Both the position numbers and the translations under genes were made by a program. DNA of 55,037 nucleotides from a virus (Duplodnaviria > Caudoviricetes): positions 1 through 55,037 of IMG/VR virus record IMGVR_UViG_3300005253_003498, one strand, 5' to 3'. This document shows positions 45,297 through 54,518 of this stretch, one piece after another (within the stretch, counting starts at the first letter, position 1; every line of letters starts with the position of its first letter). Under the pieces are notes generated by a model that was not told the origin of the DNA, made no database searches, and saw only the letters and a list, made by a program, of their open reading frames with translations.

Positions 45297-45794
45297 TTAG
45301 CTGTTTTGCCGGCGGCAGAATTCCGCAATAAGCAGCGCATCTGCTACTGCTAGCTGCTTGCCTTTTGGACCATCCCAATAGTCTAACCTAGGAAACAACT
45401 GCTGAGCCTTTGCACGCAGTCGGTTCTTCCACTCACTCCGTCGCTCCGTTTTCTTCCTGGGAGAAATAGAAAGCGCACGCATCCAGACTTGTGGCGTAAT
45501 ATGTTCTGTCCTGATACCTCTTGCGGTTAGTGCCATCTCGATAGCACCGTACCCTCGACCGAAAGTGAACCCGGATTGCGCGGACTGCTTTGGCATTGAG
45601 TGGACTCTCTCGATGGTGGCCGTAGTCGTATCCCATTCCGGGTTAGACCAATTGAAGAACCAGTTCCAAATATCCATGTTTGTCAAGGGCATAGGAATTA
45701 CATCAATTACTCTACTGCGTGAAAGACACACCAGTCCACCATGCTTGCCAGGGTCTATCCCAATAAATTGATAACAACGGGTGGTGCGAGGCAC
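45297..45794 (-). CDS. RuvC-like Holliday junction resolvase
   Basis: IGIDPG, IERV, FTFG..YG, ADALLIA. Confidence 0.85.
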   Translation of the reverse strand: MPRTTRCYQFIGIDPGKHGGLVCLSRSRVIDVIPMPLTNMDIWNWFFNWSNPEWDTTTATIERVHSMPKQSAQSGFTFGRGYGAIEMALTARGIRTEHITPQVWMRALSISPRKKTERRSEWKNRLRAKAQQLFPRLDYWDGPKGKQLAVADALLIAEFCRRQNS

Positions 45795-45811
45795 TAGTCC
45801 ACTCCTCTTTG

Positions 45812-46150
45812 TTAGATTTCAAATTCATCGTCGGTTATGTCCTCACCACCGGTTAGGACTTCTACCTCAGGGGCTTCGCTTAGACAGTCTATTATGTCAG
45901 CCATTGCTGCACGCGCTTTGCGCCACAGCTTGGCTAGATGTGCATCAGCTACAGATTTTGTGGGTATAAATTCAAAGATGCAGAATCCCAGCCCTTCGTA
46001 GCTGACATACTCTTGTAACTCCTGCTTGGAAAGCTTCCTAGACGGTAGTGGTCCAGGAGGTACTATTTCTGGCATCCCGTGAGCAGTATCCAATACCCAT
46101 CTACCGGGCTCAGGATAAGTCAAGCGTTTCTTGGATAGTTGTTTTGGCAC
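45812..46150 (-). CDS. Hypothetical protein
   Basis: First gene of the leftward operon; probably leaderless. Confidence 0.55.
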   Translation of the reverse strand: MPKQLSKKRLTYPEPGRWVLDTAHGMPEIVPPGPLPSRKLSKQELQEYVSYEGLGFCIFEFIPTKSVADAHLAKLWRKARAAMADIIDCLSEAPEVEVLTGGEDITDDEFEI

Positions 46151-46158
46151 GCCAGTCT

Positions 46159-46186
46159 ATTATAAGCAGCCAACCGCGTCGCACAA
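46159..46186 (-). promoter_or_regulatory. Leftward sigma70-like promoter
   Basis: TTGTGC-16-TATAAT, 8 nt from the GTG start. Confidence 0.5.
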
Positions 46187-46214
46187 AACAGCAAACTTTT
46201 TTTTGTTTTTGCCA

Positions 46215-46293
46215 TTGCATTCGTCAGTTTTTGCATTATACTAAGTATACAGCAGGGTCTACTACTACTACTATACTACTATAGTAGTATAGT
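46215..46293 (+). promoter_or_regulatory. Sigma70-like promoter plus palindromic CTA-rich element, copy 2
   Basis: TTGCAT-16-TATACT; perfect 24-bp palindrome actatactactatagtagtatagt (46270-46293). Confidence 0.6.
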
Positions 46294-46349
46294 GTATAGA
46301 GGGAGTATTACTTTGTAATACCAGACACAGAAAATTTGTGTGCAGCCTG

Positions 46350-46378
46350 TTTACATTGTGAGGCTCCGCGCTTATACT
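46350..46378 (+). promoter_or_regulatory. Rightward promoter
   Basis: TTTACA-17-TATACT upstream of SD AAGGAGG. Confidence 0.55.
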
Positions 46379-46435
46379 AGCATCCGCCGCATGGCTAACC
46401 AGTAATCGTGAACCCGTTATTAAGGAGGAGTTGTA

Positions 46436-47935
46436 ATGCCGAAGACATTAAAGGAAAAGAAGTCTACCAAGAAATCAACCAATCACAAGAGACCAGTTAA
46501 GTATGACAGACCGTCTGTTAAGATGTTCGTCGGTGACAAATCTCTGACATCTAAGATAACCAAACAGCTCTTAGGGTGGCAAGAGGTCACTGACGGTCCA
46601 TATCTGCTGAAGGATCTGTATGGCAAGAAAATAGTGTGCCACAACAATATCACGAACCGTCCCTTCTCAATGAGTATTGTAGCTGTGCTCAAGCAGGAAA
46701 TACTAAGACGACGCTGGTACCTGAACCTTGAAAGCAGGATCATCGGTTGCAGCGGACTAGTGCTCAATGGCCAGCACACTTTCATTGCGCTTATACTAGC
46801 CGTTCAGGAATGGGAGTTGCATCCTGAGATCTGGAAGGAATTCTGGAAAACTGAGCCGGTTATAGAAACATCTATCGGCTTCGGAGTAGACGAGTCCGAC
46901 AAGGTAGTCAACACTATGGACACTCCGAAGCCGCGCACTCTTGCCCACGTAATCTACCGTAGTCCGTACTTCTCTGATTACCTTAGCAAGGACAGAGCCA
47001 AAATCGCTCGCTTCGCTCAGTTTGGCGTCCAGATGTTATGGAACCGTACAGGGGTTTCAAGTGACTGCGGGCTGCGCAAAACTCACAGCGAAATGATTGA
47101 CTTCATCGAGAGGCACAAACGCATTCTAGATTGCATCAGACATATCTATGAGGAGAATGGTACCGAAGGACGCGTAACAAAGTTCATCACAGCAGGATAT
47201 GCCTCTGCGTTGTTATACCTAATGGCTTCGAGTAACACTAAGTCTAAGGTATACTACGACTCAAGTAGTCCATCTGAAGACACAGTAGACTGGAGTAATT
47301 GGGACAAAGCTTGTGACTTCTGGGTCTGTCTTGCAGGAGGCGATCCCAAGCTGGATGCAATTGGAACGGCAATATCTAATCTGGTCGACGAAGAAGGCAG
47401 TTCGCCGGCAGAACGATGTGCTATAATCGTCAAAGGCTGGTTAATCTATTGCACGAAAGTGCCTATAACCGAGAAAGCCTTGTCTCTTGAATATCACGAA
47501 GAGGATGACGTACGTGAGCTGGTAGAGTTTCCAACAACCGGTGGAATTGACTTAGGCAAACCAGATAGCCTTGACACTCCTGCAAATGACGACCCTAGAG
47601 GTAGTGACCCATCCCAAGAAGAAATCGAGGAAAGGTCATCTAAGGTAAGAAGTTCAAAGGCTTCTAAGAAAGATGGTGAGGATGCTCCTGTAAAGTTATC
47701 CAAGTCTGCCGGCAAGCAAGATGGGAAAACAGACGCGCGGCACGGTACTACAGAATGGCTTTCTAGGATGGCGTGGGTAAGCGAAAAGGATGGGGAAACC
47801 TGGCGAGGTAAAGTAGTCGAGGTACTAGGCAAAAACGCTAGACTGAAAGTCGCTCAAGGATTTCAAGGCGCAAGTAGCATCCGCACCGTGCTGGTACACG
47901 ACCTACGCAGGGCTAACCCTACCGGAAAGGGGTAA
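46436..47935 (+). CDS. ParB/DGQHR-like N-terminal domain protein
   Basis: NRP, VLNGQH and MDT.KPRT motifs; acidic linker and C-terminal SH3-like segment. Confidence 0.55.
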   Translation: MPKTLKEKKSTKKSTNHKRPVKYDRPSVKMFVGDKSLTSKITKQLLGWQEVTDGPYLLKDLYGKKIVCHNNITNRPFSMSIVAVLKQEILRRRWYLNLESRIIGCSGLVLNGQHTFIALILAVQEWELHPEIWKEFWKTEPVIETSIGFGVDESDKVVNTMDTPKPRTLAHVIYRSPYFSDYLSKDRAKIARFAQFGVQMLWNRTGVSSDCGLRKTHSEMIDFIERHKRILDCIRHIYEENGTEGRVTKFITAGYASALLYLMASSNTKSKVYYDSSSPSEDTVDWSNWDKACDFWVCLAGGDPKLDAIGTAISNLVDEEGSSPAERCAIIVKGWLIYCTKVPITEKALSLEYHEEDDVRELVEFPTTGGIDLGKPDSLDTPANDDPRGSDPSQEEIEERSSKVRSSKASKKDGEDAPVKLSKSAGKQDGKTDARHGTTEWLSRMAWVSEKDGETWRGKVVEVLGKNARLKVAQGFQGASSIRTVLVHDLRRANPTGKG

Positions 47936-48187
47936 GTCTTCTCCGTACCCCCTATTATGTGGCCTATGCGGCCCGTGTAGCCCCTATTACAGCCCTAGGG
48001 GCCTCGTGTAGCTAACACCTACTGCCAGGTGGCAATTGTAGGTGGTTCCCTGGTTGCAGCCCTTAAATGGCCCGAAAAACGGCCAAATTCTAGGGAATTC
48101 CAAAGTTTTTTGTCAACGTAACTCCTTGCCTGGTAAGGGGTTGTATAGTCGCCCCCGCTTATTGCCCACAATAATTGCCCCCGCCTA

Positions 48188-48215
48188 TTGCAATTCGCCT
48201 AGTACCCTGTATAAT
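48188..48215 (+). promoter_or_regulatory. Early-type promoter
   Basis: TTGCAA-16-TATAAT. Confidence 0.6.
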
Positions 48216-48272
48216 ACAGTTGTAATGCAAAACACAACCACACCCCCTGAAACCCCTTACCGGAGTGCTACG

Positions 48273-48533
48273 ATGAAAAAGACTTGGACCGTCAAAGGCG
48301 ACTGGAAACCAGATGCCAGAAACCGGCTTGGCGTATTGCTGCTACAGCAAGAACAAGAAGCACGGAAGGCGCAAAGAAAAACACGCCATGCCAAGCCAAG
48401 CAGTTTTGCTGGTGTCCTACATACGTATAGGACTAAGAAAGAAGCCGAAGAAGGGCTACAGAAGTACCGCGCAGGACAGATGGGGCATACGGCCACGATG
48501 ATGGAAAACTTCCGCATCGTGCAAGTTGACTAA
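48273..48533 (+). CDS. Hypothetical early protein
   Basis: Start reassigned to MKKTW after the conserved leader (GGAG). Confidence 0.6.
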   Translation: MKKTWTVKGDWKPDARNRLGVLLLQQEQEARKAQRKTRHAKPSSFAGVLHTYRTKKEAEEGLQKYRAGQMGHTATMMENFRIVQVD

Positions 48534-48565
48534 TCCACCCTTTACCCAAACCTAGGAGCGAAACG

Positions 48566-48727
48566 ATGAAGGTCACACGAACTAGGATCGACGGTCGGAT
48601 GATTGAAGCTTGGAAAAAGGGCAACACTTTCTATTGTCAAGATGTGATGTGCGCAGGTATTGTAGGCCGTGGTCGAAGTGAAAAAGCGGCCCTAACTTCA
48701 CTACTTCGCAAGCTAGAAGAATTTTAG
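48566..48727 (+). CDS. 53-aa protein (not in the ORF track), weakly HicB-like
   Basis: SD AGGAG; MKVTRTRIDGRMIEAWKKGNTFYCQDVMCAGIVGRGRSEKAALTSLLRKLEEF. Confidence 0.55.
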   Translation: MKVTRTRIDGRMIEAWKKGNTFYCQDVMCAGIVGRGRSEKAALTSLLRKLEEF

Positions 48728-48810
48728 TAACCCCCACTCACCGCGCCGTCACCCTAGCCGGCGCGCTAGCGGTTACACTACCCCCTAAACCCTACTACAG
48801 GAGTGTTACG

Positions 48811-48996
48811 ATGACAGGTTATGCAATCTACGATTACGATACAAAACTCTACTTCGTAACAGACATGGTCTGGAATAGTGACCCGCAACCCCAATCCATC
48901 TGGGATACAGAAGCAGAAGCGCAAGACGCATTATCAATCGGTACCCGGGTGGGTGTCATGTCGGGTGATCTAGGAATCTGTGTGGTTGTAGTTTAG
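48811..48996 (+). CDS. Hypothetical early protein
   Basis: Conserved leader with SD. Confidence 0.6.
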   Translation: MTGYAIYDYDTKLYFVTDMVWNSDPQPQSIWDTEAEAQDALSIGTRVGVMSGDLGICVVVV

Positions 48997-49089
48997 TAAC
49001 CTGGTCCCAAGATCGGCCCCGATAGCGCAACCAGGTGTCGCAACCCGGCGGGGCACTGTTTACACGATACCCGCAACCCCATAGGTGAC

Positions 49090-49413
49090 GTGATGAAAAC
49101 CTACCAAGTCGAAAAAGAAATTACCCTGCATGTTAGTGCTGAAGGCTCAGGCAAGGACTGGTACTGGTCCTTCCTAAATTGGGAAGGGCTTGGGGCTGAC
49201 GAAATGGATGCTATCGCCAACTCCAATGGGGACGAATTTATAATCTGGGACGCCGTCGTTACTCGAGACGGTGACGACTTTCTGATCCAAGGTTGTACAG
49301 AATGTAGTGGCGACGGTGAAGCCTGCGAAGTGCGGATTGACAAAAGCCTTGTGACCTTCGATTACAACTACGGTTGTCGAGATAGTACGTTCTTGCAAGA
49401 ACTGGGCGACTAG
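49090..49413 (+). CDS. Acidic hypothetical protein, paralog of 49490..49831
   Basis: Shared VSAEG.GKDWYWSFLNWEG and DAVVTRDGDDFLIQG. Confidence 0.75.
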   Translation: MMKTYQVEKEITLHVSAEGSGKDWYWSFLNWEGLGADEMDAIANSNGDEFIIWDAVVTRDGDDFLIQGCTECSGDGEACEVRIDKSLVTFDYNYGCRDSTFLQELGD

Positions 49414-49489
49414 TGTCCCCGTTACCGCGCCCTACAGGGGCGTGGACCCGGTTACACTACCCCCTAAACCCTACTACAGGAGTGTTACG

Positions 49490-49831
49490 ATGAAGACTTA
49501 CCGAATTGAAAAAGCGGTTGCCCTGTTTGTTAGTGCTGAAGGCGCAGGCAAGGATTGGTACTGGTCCTTTCTGAACTGGGAAGGGCCTGGAGGTGCTGCT
49601 ATGGATACACTAGCCGCAGCCGATGACGAACCCGTAGTCGTTGACGCCGTCGTTACCCGAGACGGTGACGACTTTCTGATCCAAGGCAGTACAGATTACC
49701 ATGGCTGCGGCGAAGCCGTCGAGGTACGAGTCGACAAACGATTCGTAACTGCTGTTGGCTACAACTACGAAGACGAAGACGACGGGTCCCTAGGCGACAG
49801 CCACACGTTCCTGCCAGAACTGACATCCTAA
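49490..49831 (+). CDS. Acidic hypothetical protein, paralog of 49090..49413
   Basis: Start reassigned to MKTYR after the conserved leader. Confidence 0.75.
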   Translation: MKTYRIEKAVALFVSAEGAGKDWYWSFLNWEGPGGAAMDTLAAADDEPVVVDAVVTRDGDDFLIQGSTDYHGCGEAVEVRVDKRFVTAVGYNYEDEDDGSLGDSHTFLPELTS

Positions 49832-49877
49832 GGTACGCCGTTCACTACCCCCTTAACCCTACAAGAGGAGTGCTATC

Positions 49878-50039
49878 ATGAAAGAAAAAGTCAAGTTTCA
49901 GTCTGGTACCCACACGGTCACCGTCAAGATCGACAAGCAACTAGGCAAGATCGCCTACCTACCCGGTTCAGGCTGGCACTGTGTAGACAAGCACAATGTG
50001 GCCTACGCCGCTTGCGGCATACGTCTGTCCAGCAAGTGA
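49878..50039 (+). CDS. 53-aa protein (not in the ORF track)
   Basis: SD AGAGGAG; MKEKVKFQSGTHTVTVKIDKQLGKIAYLPGSGWHCVDKHNVAYAACGIRLSSK. Confidence 0.55.
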   Translation: MKEKVKFQSGTHTVTVKIDKQLGKIAYLPGSGWHCVDKHNVAYAACGIRLSSK

Positions 50040-50103
50040 TCCCCTCATGCCTCGATAGCGCTAGCGGTTACACTACTCTCCAACCCACAGAGGAGTCAAG
50101 ACG

Positions 50104-51270
50104 ATGGCTTACCGTATTAAGGACTACGTTGACACCCTTATGGATATACTATCCCGAAAGGACCGTTCATGGGACAAGGACAGGCTGATCAAGGAAGCTC
50201 GTCGAGAGCGGAACTTTCCGAACGACCGCAAACTCATTATGATATTAGACGTCTTGGTAGCTACCGGCAATGTGACTCAGTATGGGACTGGGACCTACGC
50301 ATCCTTCGTACTCAATAAAGAGACCGTAAGACTAGACGATCACACTGAGCAGCGGATCAAACGTCTACAGGACCAGGTCGCGATTGGAGCCGCAGAAGTC
50401 GAACGGTTTGGGAAGGTTGCCCGCGAACAGGTTGCCGCCGCCGAAGAATGGGTGAATAAAGCATCGTCTAGTATTGCAGTCGTCCAACTGAAGATGGGCA
50501 GCAAAGTCGTCAAGCAGACGAAAGGACTGTTCCACAATCAGTTCGACAAAATACTGAAGCTGGCAATGGCCCGGATGAACATTTTCATCTACGGCCCAAC
50601 CGGGTGCGGCAAGAGCCACATCTGCGCCCAGCTTGCTGAAGCGCTGAATCTATCGTTCTCATTCGTTTCCTGCACGAGTGGTATGAGCGAGGGTATCTTA
50701 GGTGGTCGACTACTACCAGTCGGCAAGCAGGGAACCTTCGAGTACGTCATTAGTGAGTTCATCCGTGCCTACGAAAACGGTGGAGTGTTCTTGCTGGACG
50801 AGATTGATGCGGCTGACCCGAACGTCCTGCTACTGGTCAACGCAGCGTTGACCAACGGCAAAGTCGCCGTGAGCAACCGCCCCGAAGAACCGTACGCTAC
50901 ACGGCACGCAGACTTCGTGTGCATCGCAGCGGCTAACACGGTAGGCACGGGGGCCGACCGCCTCTATTCTGGCCGGAACAAGCTAGACGCCGCAACCCTT
51001 GACCGGTTCCAGATCGGTAAGATGGTGATGGACTATGACGAGAGGGTCGAGGTTATTCTCTGTCCGAACAAACAGCTCCGCACGAGGCTTCTAGGATACC
51101 GTAAAGCCATTATGGCTCACCGCCTGGAACGAGTTATGAGTACGCGGTTCATGCGGGACGCCCACAAGATGGTAGGTGATCACGGCTGGTCAGATGCAGA
51201 TGTGGACAGGGCATTCTTTTCTGGGTGGCGTGAAGACGAGGTAAACAAAGTCAAGAGCTACCGTAGCTAG
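50104..51270 (+). CDS. MoxR/CobS-like AAA+ ATPase
   Basis: YGPTGCGKS, FLLDEIDA, IAAANT, LDAATLDRF. Confidence 0.85.
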   Translation: MAYRIKDYVDTLMDILSRKDRSWDKDRLIKEARRERNFPNDRKLIMILDVLVATGNVTQYGTGTYASFVLNKETVRLDDHTEQRIKRLQDQVAIGAAEVERFGKVAREQVAAAEEWVNKASSSIAVVQLKMGSKVVKQTKGLFHNQFDKILKLAMARMNIFIYGPTGCGKSHICAQLAEALNLSFSFVSCTSGMSEGILGGRLLPVGKQGTFEYVISEFIRAYENGGVFLLDEIDAADPNVLLLVNAALTNGKVAVSNRPEEPYATRHADFVCIAAANTVGTGADRLYSGRNKLDAATLDRFQIGKMVMDYDERVEVILCPNKQLRTRLLGYRKAIMAHRLERVMSTRFMRDAHKMVGDHGWSDADVDRAFFSGWREDEVNKVKSYRS

Positions 51271-51301
51271 CGAACAACCAACTTTCCAAGGAGTTATTAT
51301 C

Positions 51302-52132
51302 ATGCGTCTGATCGAGCTAAAGAACGGTGGAGAGATCTGGCAGTTTGACTCGGTTGCCGAGGTAACTGGGTTCAGCACAGCCGCGAAGTTCATGTCCCTC
51401 AGCGAAGGATTCGTTGGTGAGGACTTACAGTCCTGGGATGCAGTACAGAAGCGCACTGAACGGGACTGGGCAGAAGGGATGTACACCCTGAACCAGTTTG
51501 TTGAACGTCTGCGCAAGATGGAGATTCCAGAGATCAAGAGCCACAAGCGCAAGGTCCAGTTCAACGATCACGAAGGTGACGAAGTAGACTATGATCGCTT
51601 GTATTCAGGACAAGCATTCTACCGCAAATCTGAGCGGGAGTCCGTCGAGGGCTCTACGATCGTAACGGTCGTTATAGACACTACCACCCCAGCGCATAAA
51701 GATAGCACGAACATCCTGTGGCGCGGGGCAGCGGCAATCGCGCTTACAGAGATACTTGAAGAGAAGGGCTACAGTGTAAACCTATGGGTTGTCAACGGCA
51801 CTGAGCTATATGAGGGTAGCAGTCGACCTATTATGACTGCGTGCTGCCTCAAGCGATGCAGCGATCCACTAGACAGCAGCACGCTGATCAACACGGTCGC
51901 CGGCTGGTTCTACCGCACGGTTACATTCACGTTACTCTTTACCATCTGCGGCAAGCAAGGCAAGAAGCCGGCCATGGGTCTAGGCAAATGCCACACACCT
52001 AGTCAAGACGAGCTAGATTACATCACACCTGATGAGCTCCGTATGTATCTGGCAGGGGTATTCTCCTTCGACGGTACCATCAGCGCTATCCGACACGAGC
52101 TGAACCGTATCAACGAGCACAACCATAGCTAG
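51302..52132 (+). CDS. VWA-like (CobT-type) partner of the AAA ATPase
   Basis: GDEVDYDRLYSG, VVIDTT, LTEILEEKGYSV; adjacent to the MoxR-type gene. Confidence 0.55.
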   Translation: MRLIELKNGGEIWQFDSVAEVTGFSTAAKFMSLSEGFVGEDLQSWDAVQKRTERDWAEGMYTLNQFVERLRKMEIPEIKSHKRKVQFNDHEGDEVDYDRLYSGQAFYRKSERESVEGSTIVTVVIDTTTPAHKDSTNILWRGAAAIALTEILEEKGYSVNLWVVNGTELYEGSSRPIMTACCLKRCSDPLDSSTLINTVAGWFYRTVTFTLLFTICGKQGKKPAMGLGKCHTPSQDELDYITPDELRMYLAGVFSFDGTISAIRHELNRINEHNHS

Positions 52133-52150
52133 ACAGAAAAGGAGAAGCAA

Positions 52151-52363
52151 GTGACCGCAACAGAAGCGGCAGCGCTGATTGGGTGTAGCCCAGCGCAAGT
52201 CAGAGTCTTGATTCGCACGGGTAAGATCAAGGCGATAAAGCGCAAGATGCCCGGAGGCTACTACTACGTTGTCTCAGTCGCAGAAGCCAAGCGCTACCGT
52301 GACACTCCACAGAAGCACGGCGGCTGGCCACGTGGTCAGTCTTGGGAGTACGAAAAACCCTAA
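52151..52363 (+). CDS. HTH_17 / excisionase-like DNA-binding protein
   Basis: TATEAAALIGCSPAQVRVLIRTGKIKA. Confidence 0.75.
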   Translation: MTATEAAALIGCSPAQVRVLIRTGKIKAIKRKMPGGYYYVVSVAEAKRYRDTPQKHGGWPRGQSWEYEKP

Positions 52364-52380
52364 CCTCGAGAGGTGAGAAG

Positions 52381-52557
52381 ATGCCTATCATAGACGGCAA
52401 GCGAGTAGAGCACCTGGGCGATAGTGCCTACATTTCAGAGGACGGAAACGGCGGCTATATTCTGACCGCCAACCACCACGATCCCTGCGAAGCAACCGAT
52501 CGGGTGTACATTGACCCCTATGCGGCTGTTGCCCTACTAAGATTCTTAAGACCCTAA
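52381..52557 (+). CDS. Small hypothetical protein
   Basis: SD GAGG before MPIIDG; HLGDSAY motif. Confidence 0.55.
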   Translation: MPIIDGKRVEHLGDSAYISEDGNGGYILTANHHDPCEATDRVYIDPYAAVALLRFLRP

Positions 52558-52581
52558 TCACCCAATCCAAGGAGCGTAATC

Positions 52582-52797
52582 ATGAAAACTTCAACAGCAG
52601 AAGCCCACAGTATTTCGGAAGCTAATGCATTCAGCACGAGCTACACCGTGTTCAGCGAATTGGCTGCCCATTTTCAGGAGCGACAGCGTACCCAACATTT
52701 CATGGTACAAGACTGCGACGTATTTAACGCGATGGTTGGGCTGAATACGTTGCTAACCCAAGCTCTAACCAGTTTGAGAGAAGGAGCGAAACTATGA
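52582..52797 (+). CDS. Hypothetical protein
   Basis: SD AAGGAG. Confidence 0.5.
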   Translation: MKTSTAEAHSISEANAFSTSYTVFSELAAHFQERQRTQHFMVQDCDVFNAMVGLNTLLTQALTSLREGAKL

Positions 52798-54497
52798 CGC
52801 GAAAACCTACCGATCTTGCTAGTCGGCTGCGTAGGACTAAGCAAGCAGCCTACCGTAAAGCGGTACCTCACCTGGTTATCATTGCGCGGGCAGGCACAGG
52901 CAAGACTACCACAAACATTGAAGGGATTAAGTATCTCAAAGATCTACCAGTATCCGTCACACCCTCTCCTCAACAGCAAGCTATCTGGGACTCAATCGCC
53001 AAGAGCCGGGGAATCGCGCATACAATCTGCTGTGTAGCGTTCAACGAGCCTATTGCTATAGAGCTACAAAGACGAGTTCCTCCCGGTTGCAATGCAATGA
53101 CGATGCACTCAATGGGGTTCAAAGCAGTAGCTCGGCACTTCGATCTCAGTGGCGACAACGTCGTCAACCAGTATCGTGTGCAAGACATAATCGCGGAACT
53201 GCTCGGCCGTAGCATCCACGAGATACGTCGCCGCGACTCCGATCTACTCAAGGCGACGGAAAAGTTGGTGTCGCTTTGCAAGATGAATCTAATATTGAGC
53301 AGTACAAATAGTTTGTCTACATTTAATGAACAACTCAGTCGTCTAGCCGCTCACTACGATGTGGACCTGAACGGACAAACGGATCGCATTTTCGATTTGG
53401 TTCCCCGTGTCTTGGAGCGTTGCAAGGACGTAACTAAAGACGGGTGTGTTGACTTTGCTGATAGGATCTGGCTTCCGATAGCGCTAGACCTCAACATCTT
53501 CTGCTACGACCTGTTGCTAGTCGATGAAGCGCAGGATCTGAACCGTTGTCAGCAAGCACTTGCACTGAAAGCCGGGCGGAGACTTATCCTCTGTGGCGAT
53601 GACAGGCAGGCCATCTACGGATGGACAGGGGCCGACAGTGACAGCATTCCACGTATGATGAAGCAACTAAGCCTGACTGATCAAGGATGTGAGTACCTTC
53701 ACCTGACCGTCACCCGGCGCTGCGGTAAGGCAATCGTCCGCGAGGCCCAGAAGATCGTACCCGACTTCGAGGCTCACGAGAGTTGCTGCGAGGGTCTAGT
53801 ATTACTTCGTCAATTCGAGGGATCTGAGGAAAAAACCAGTTACCATAGGGATGTAAAGGACGGCGACATGATCCTCTGCCGTTGCAATGCCCCGCTCGTC
53901 AGTGAGTGCTTCAAGTTCCTCCGTCAGGGCCGTAAGGCGAACATCCAGGGTAGAGACGTAGGGCAGGGGCTCATCAGCACGATCCGCAAGTTAATGAAAG
54001 GGCCAGGACCCGCTATAGGTAGCGGCCCTCAATCTCCACCAGTAAGTCACGCCTATAGTTCTTTTGAAATAGTAGACTTACTCGGTAGGCTTAGCAACTG
54101 GCTGCACCTTGAAACTCGGAAAGAACACGCCAAGCGCAACCCTAGTGAGTCCCATCTGATCGCCCTCCAGGACAAGCACGATTGCATAGAGTGCTTCTGT
54201 GAGACCAAAAATCACGACTGGCAGGGGAAAGATATACCCAATCAGAGTAACACAGTGGGGGATGTTATCAATAGGATCGAGAGCATCTTCACGGACGACA
54301 AGAACGGCGACGGCATTAAGCTCAGCTCCGTTCACAAGGCTAAGGGCCTTGAAGCAAAGCGCGTTTTTATCCTGCAACCAAAGGGAGCTGAGATGCCACA
54401 CAAAATGGCAAAATCAAAATGGCAAATCGAACAAGAATGGAATTGTCTCTATATTGCAATCACGCGAGCTATTGAAGAGCTCATCTACGTTTCCTAA
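52794..54497 (+). CDS. UvrD/Rep-like SF1 helicase
   Basis: ARAGTGKTT, LVDEAQDL, GDDRQAIYGW, TRRC, SSVHKAKGLEA, YIAITRA. Confidence 0.9.
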   Translation: MTRKPTDLASRLRRTKQAAYRKAVPHLVIIARAGTGKTTTNIEGIKYLKDLPVSVTPSPQQQAIWDSIAKSRGIAHTICCVAFNEPIAIELQRRVPPGCNAMTMHSMGFKAVARHFDLSGDNVVNQYRVQDIIAELLGRSIHEIRRRDSDLLKATEKLVSLCKMNLILSSTNSLSTFNEQLSRLAAHYDVDLNGQTDRIFDLVPRVLERCKDVTKDGCVDFADRIWLPIALDLNIFCYDLLLVDEAQDLNRCQQALALKAGRRLILCGDDRQAIYGWTGADSDSIPRMMKQLSLTDQGCEYLHLTVTRRCGKAIVREAQKIVPDFEAHESCCEGLVLLRQFEGSEEKTSYHRDVKDGDMILCRCNAPLVSECFKFLRQGRKANIQGRDVGQGLISTIRKLMKGPGPAIGSGPQSPPVSHAYSSFEIVDLLGRLSNWLHLETRKEHAKRNPSESHLIALQDKHDCIECFCETKNHDWQGKDIPNQSNTVGDVINRIESIFTDDKNGDGIKLSSVHKAKGLEAKRVFILQPKGAEMPHKMAKSKWQIEQEWNCLYIAITRAIEELIYVS

Positions 54498-54518
54498 AAC
54501 CCCTAGAGGAGAAAAACG

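Larger units (their letters stand above)
48770..49493 (+). repeat. Identical 45-bp gene leaders (48770-48814, 49449-49493), with degenerate copies before other early genes
   Basis: cggttacactaccccctaaaccctactacaggagtgttacgatga; variants at ~48240, ~49840 and ~50060. Confidence 0.9.

Noticed and set aside
323-45969. Numerous plus-strand ORFs antisense to the minus-strand operons
   Set aside because: They are shadow frames of well-supported genes; only the 28448..28816 island has its own promoter, SD and terminator.
48770-50100. CRISPR array or attC-like cassette sites
   Set aside because: The repeats are SD-containing gene leaders separated by whole genes at irregular spacing; no cas genes or integron integrase are present.
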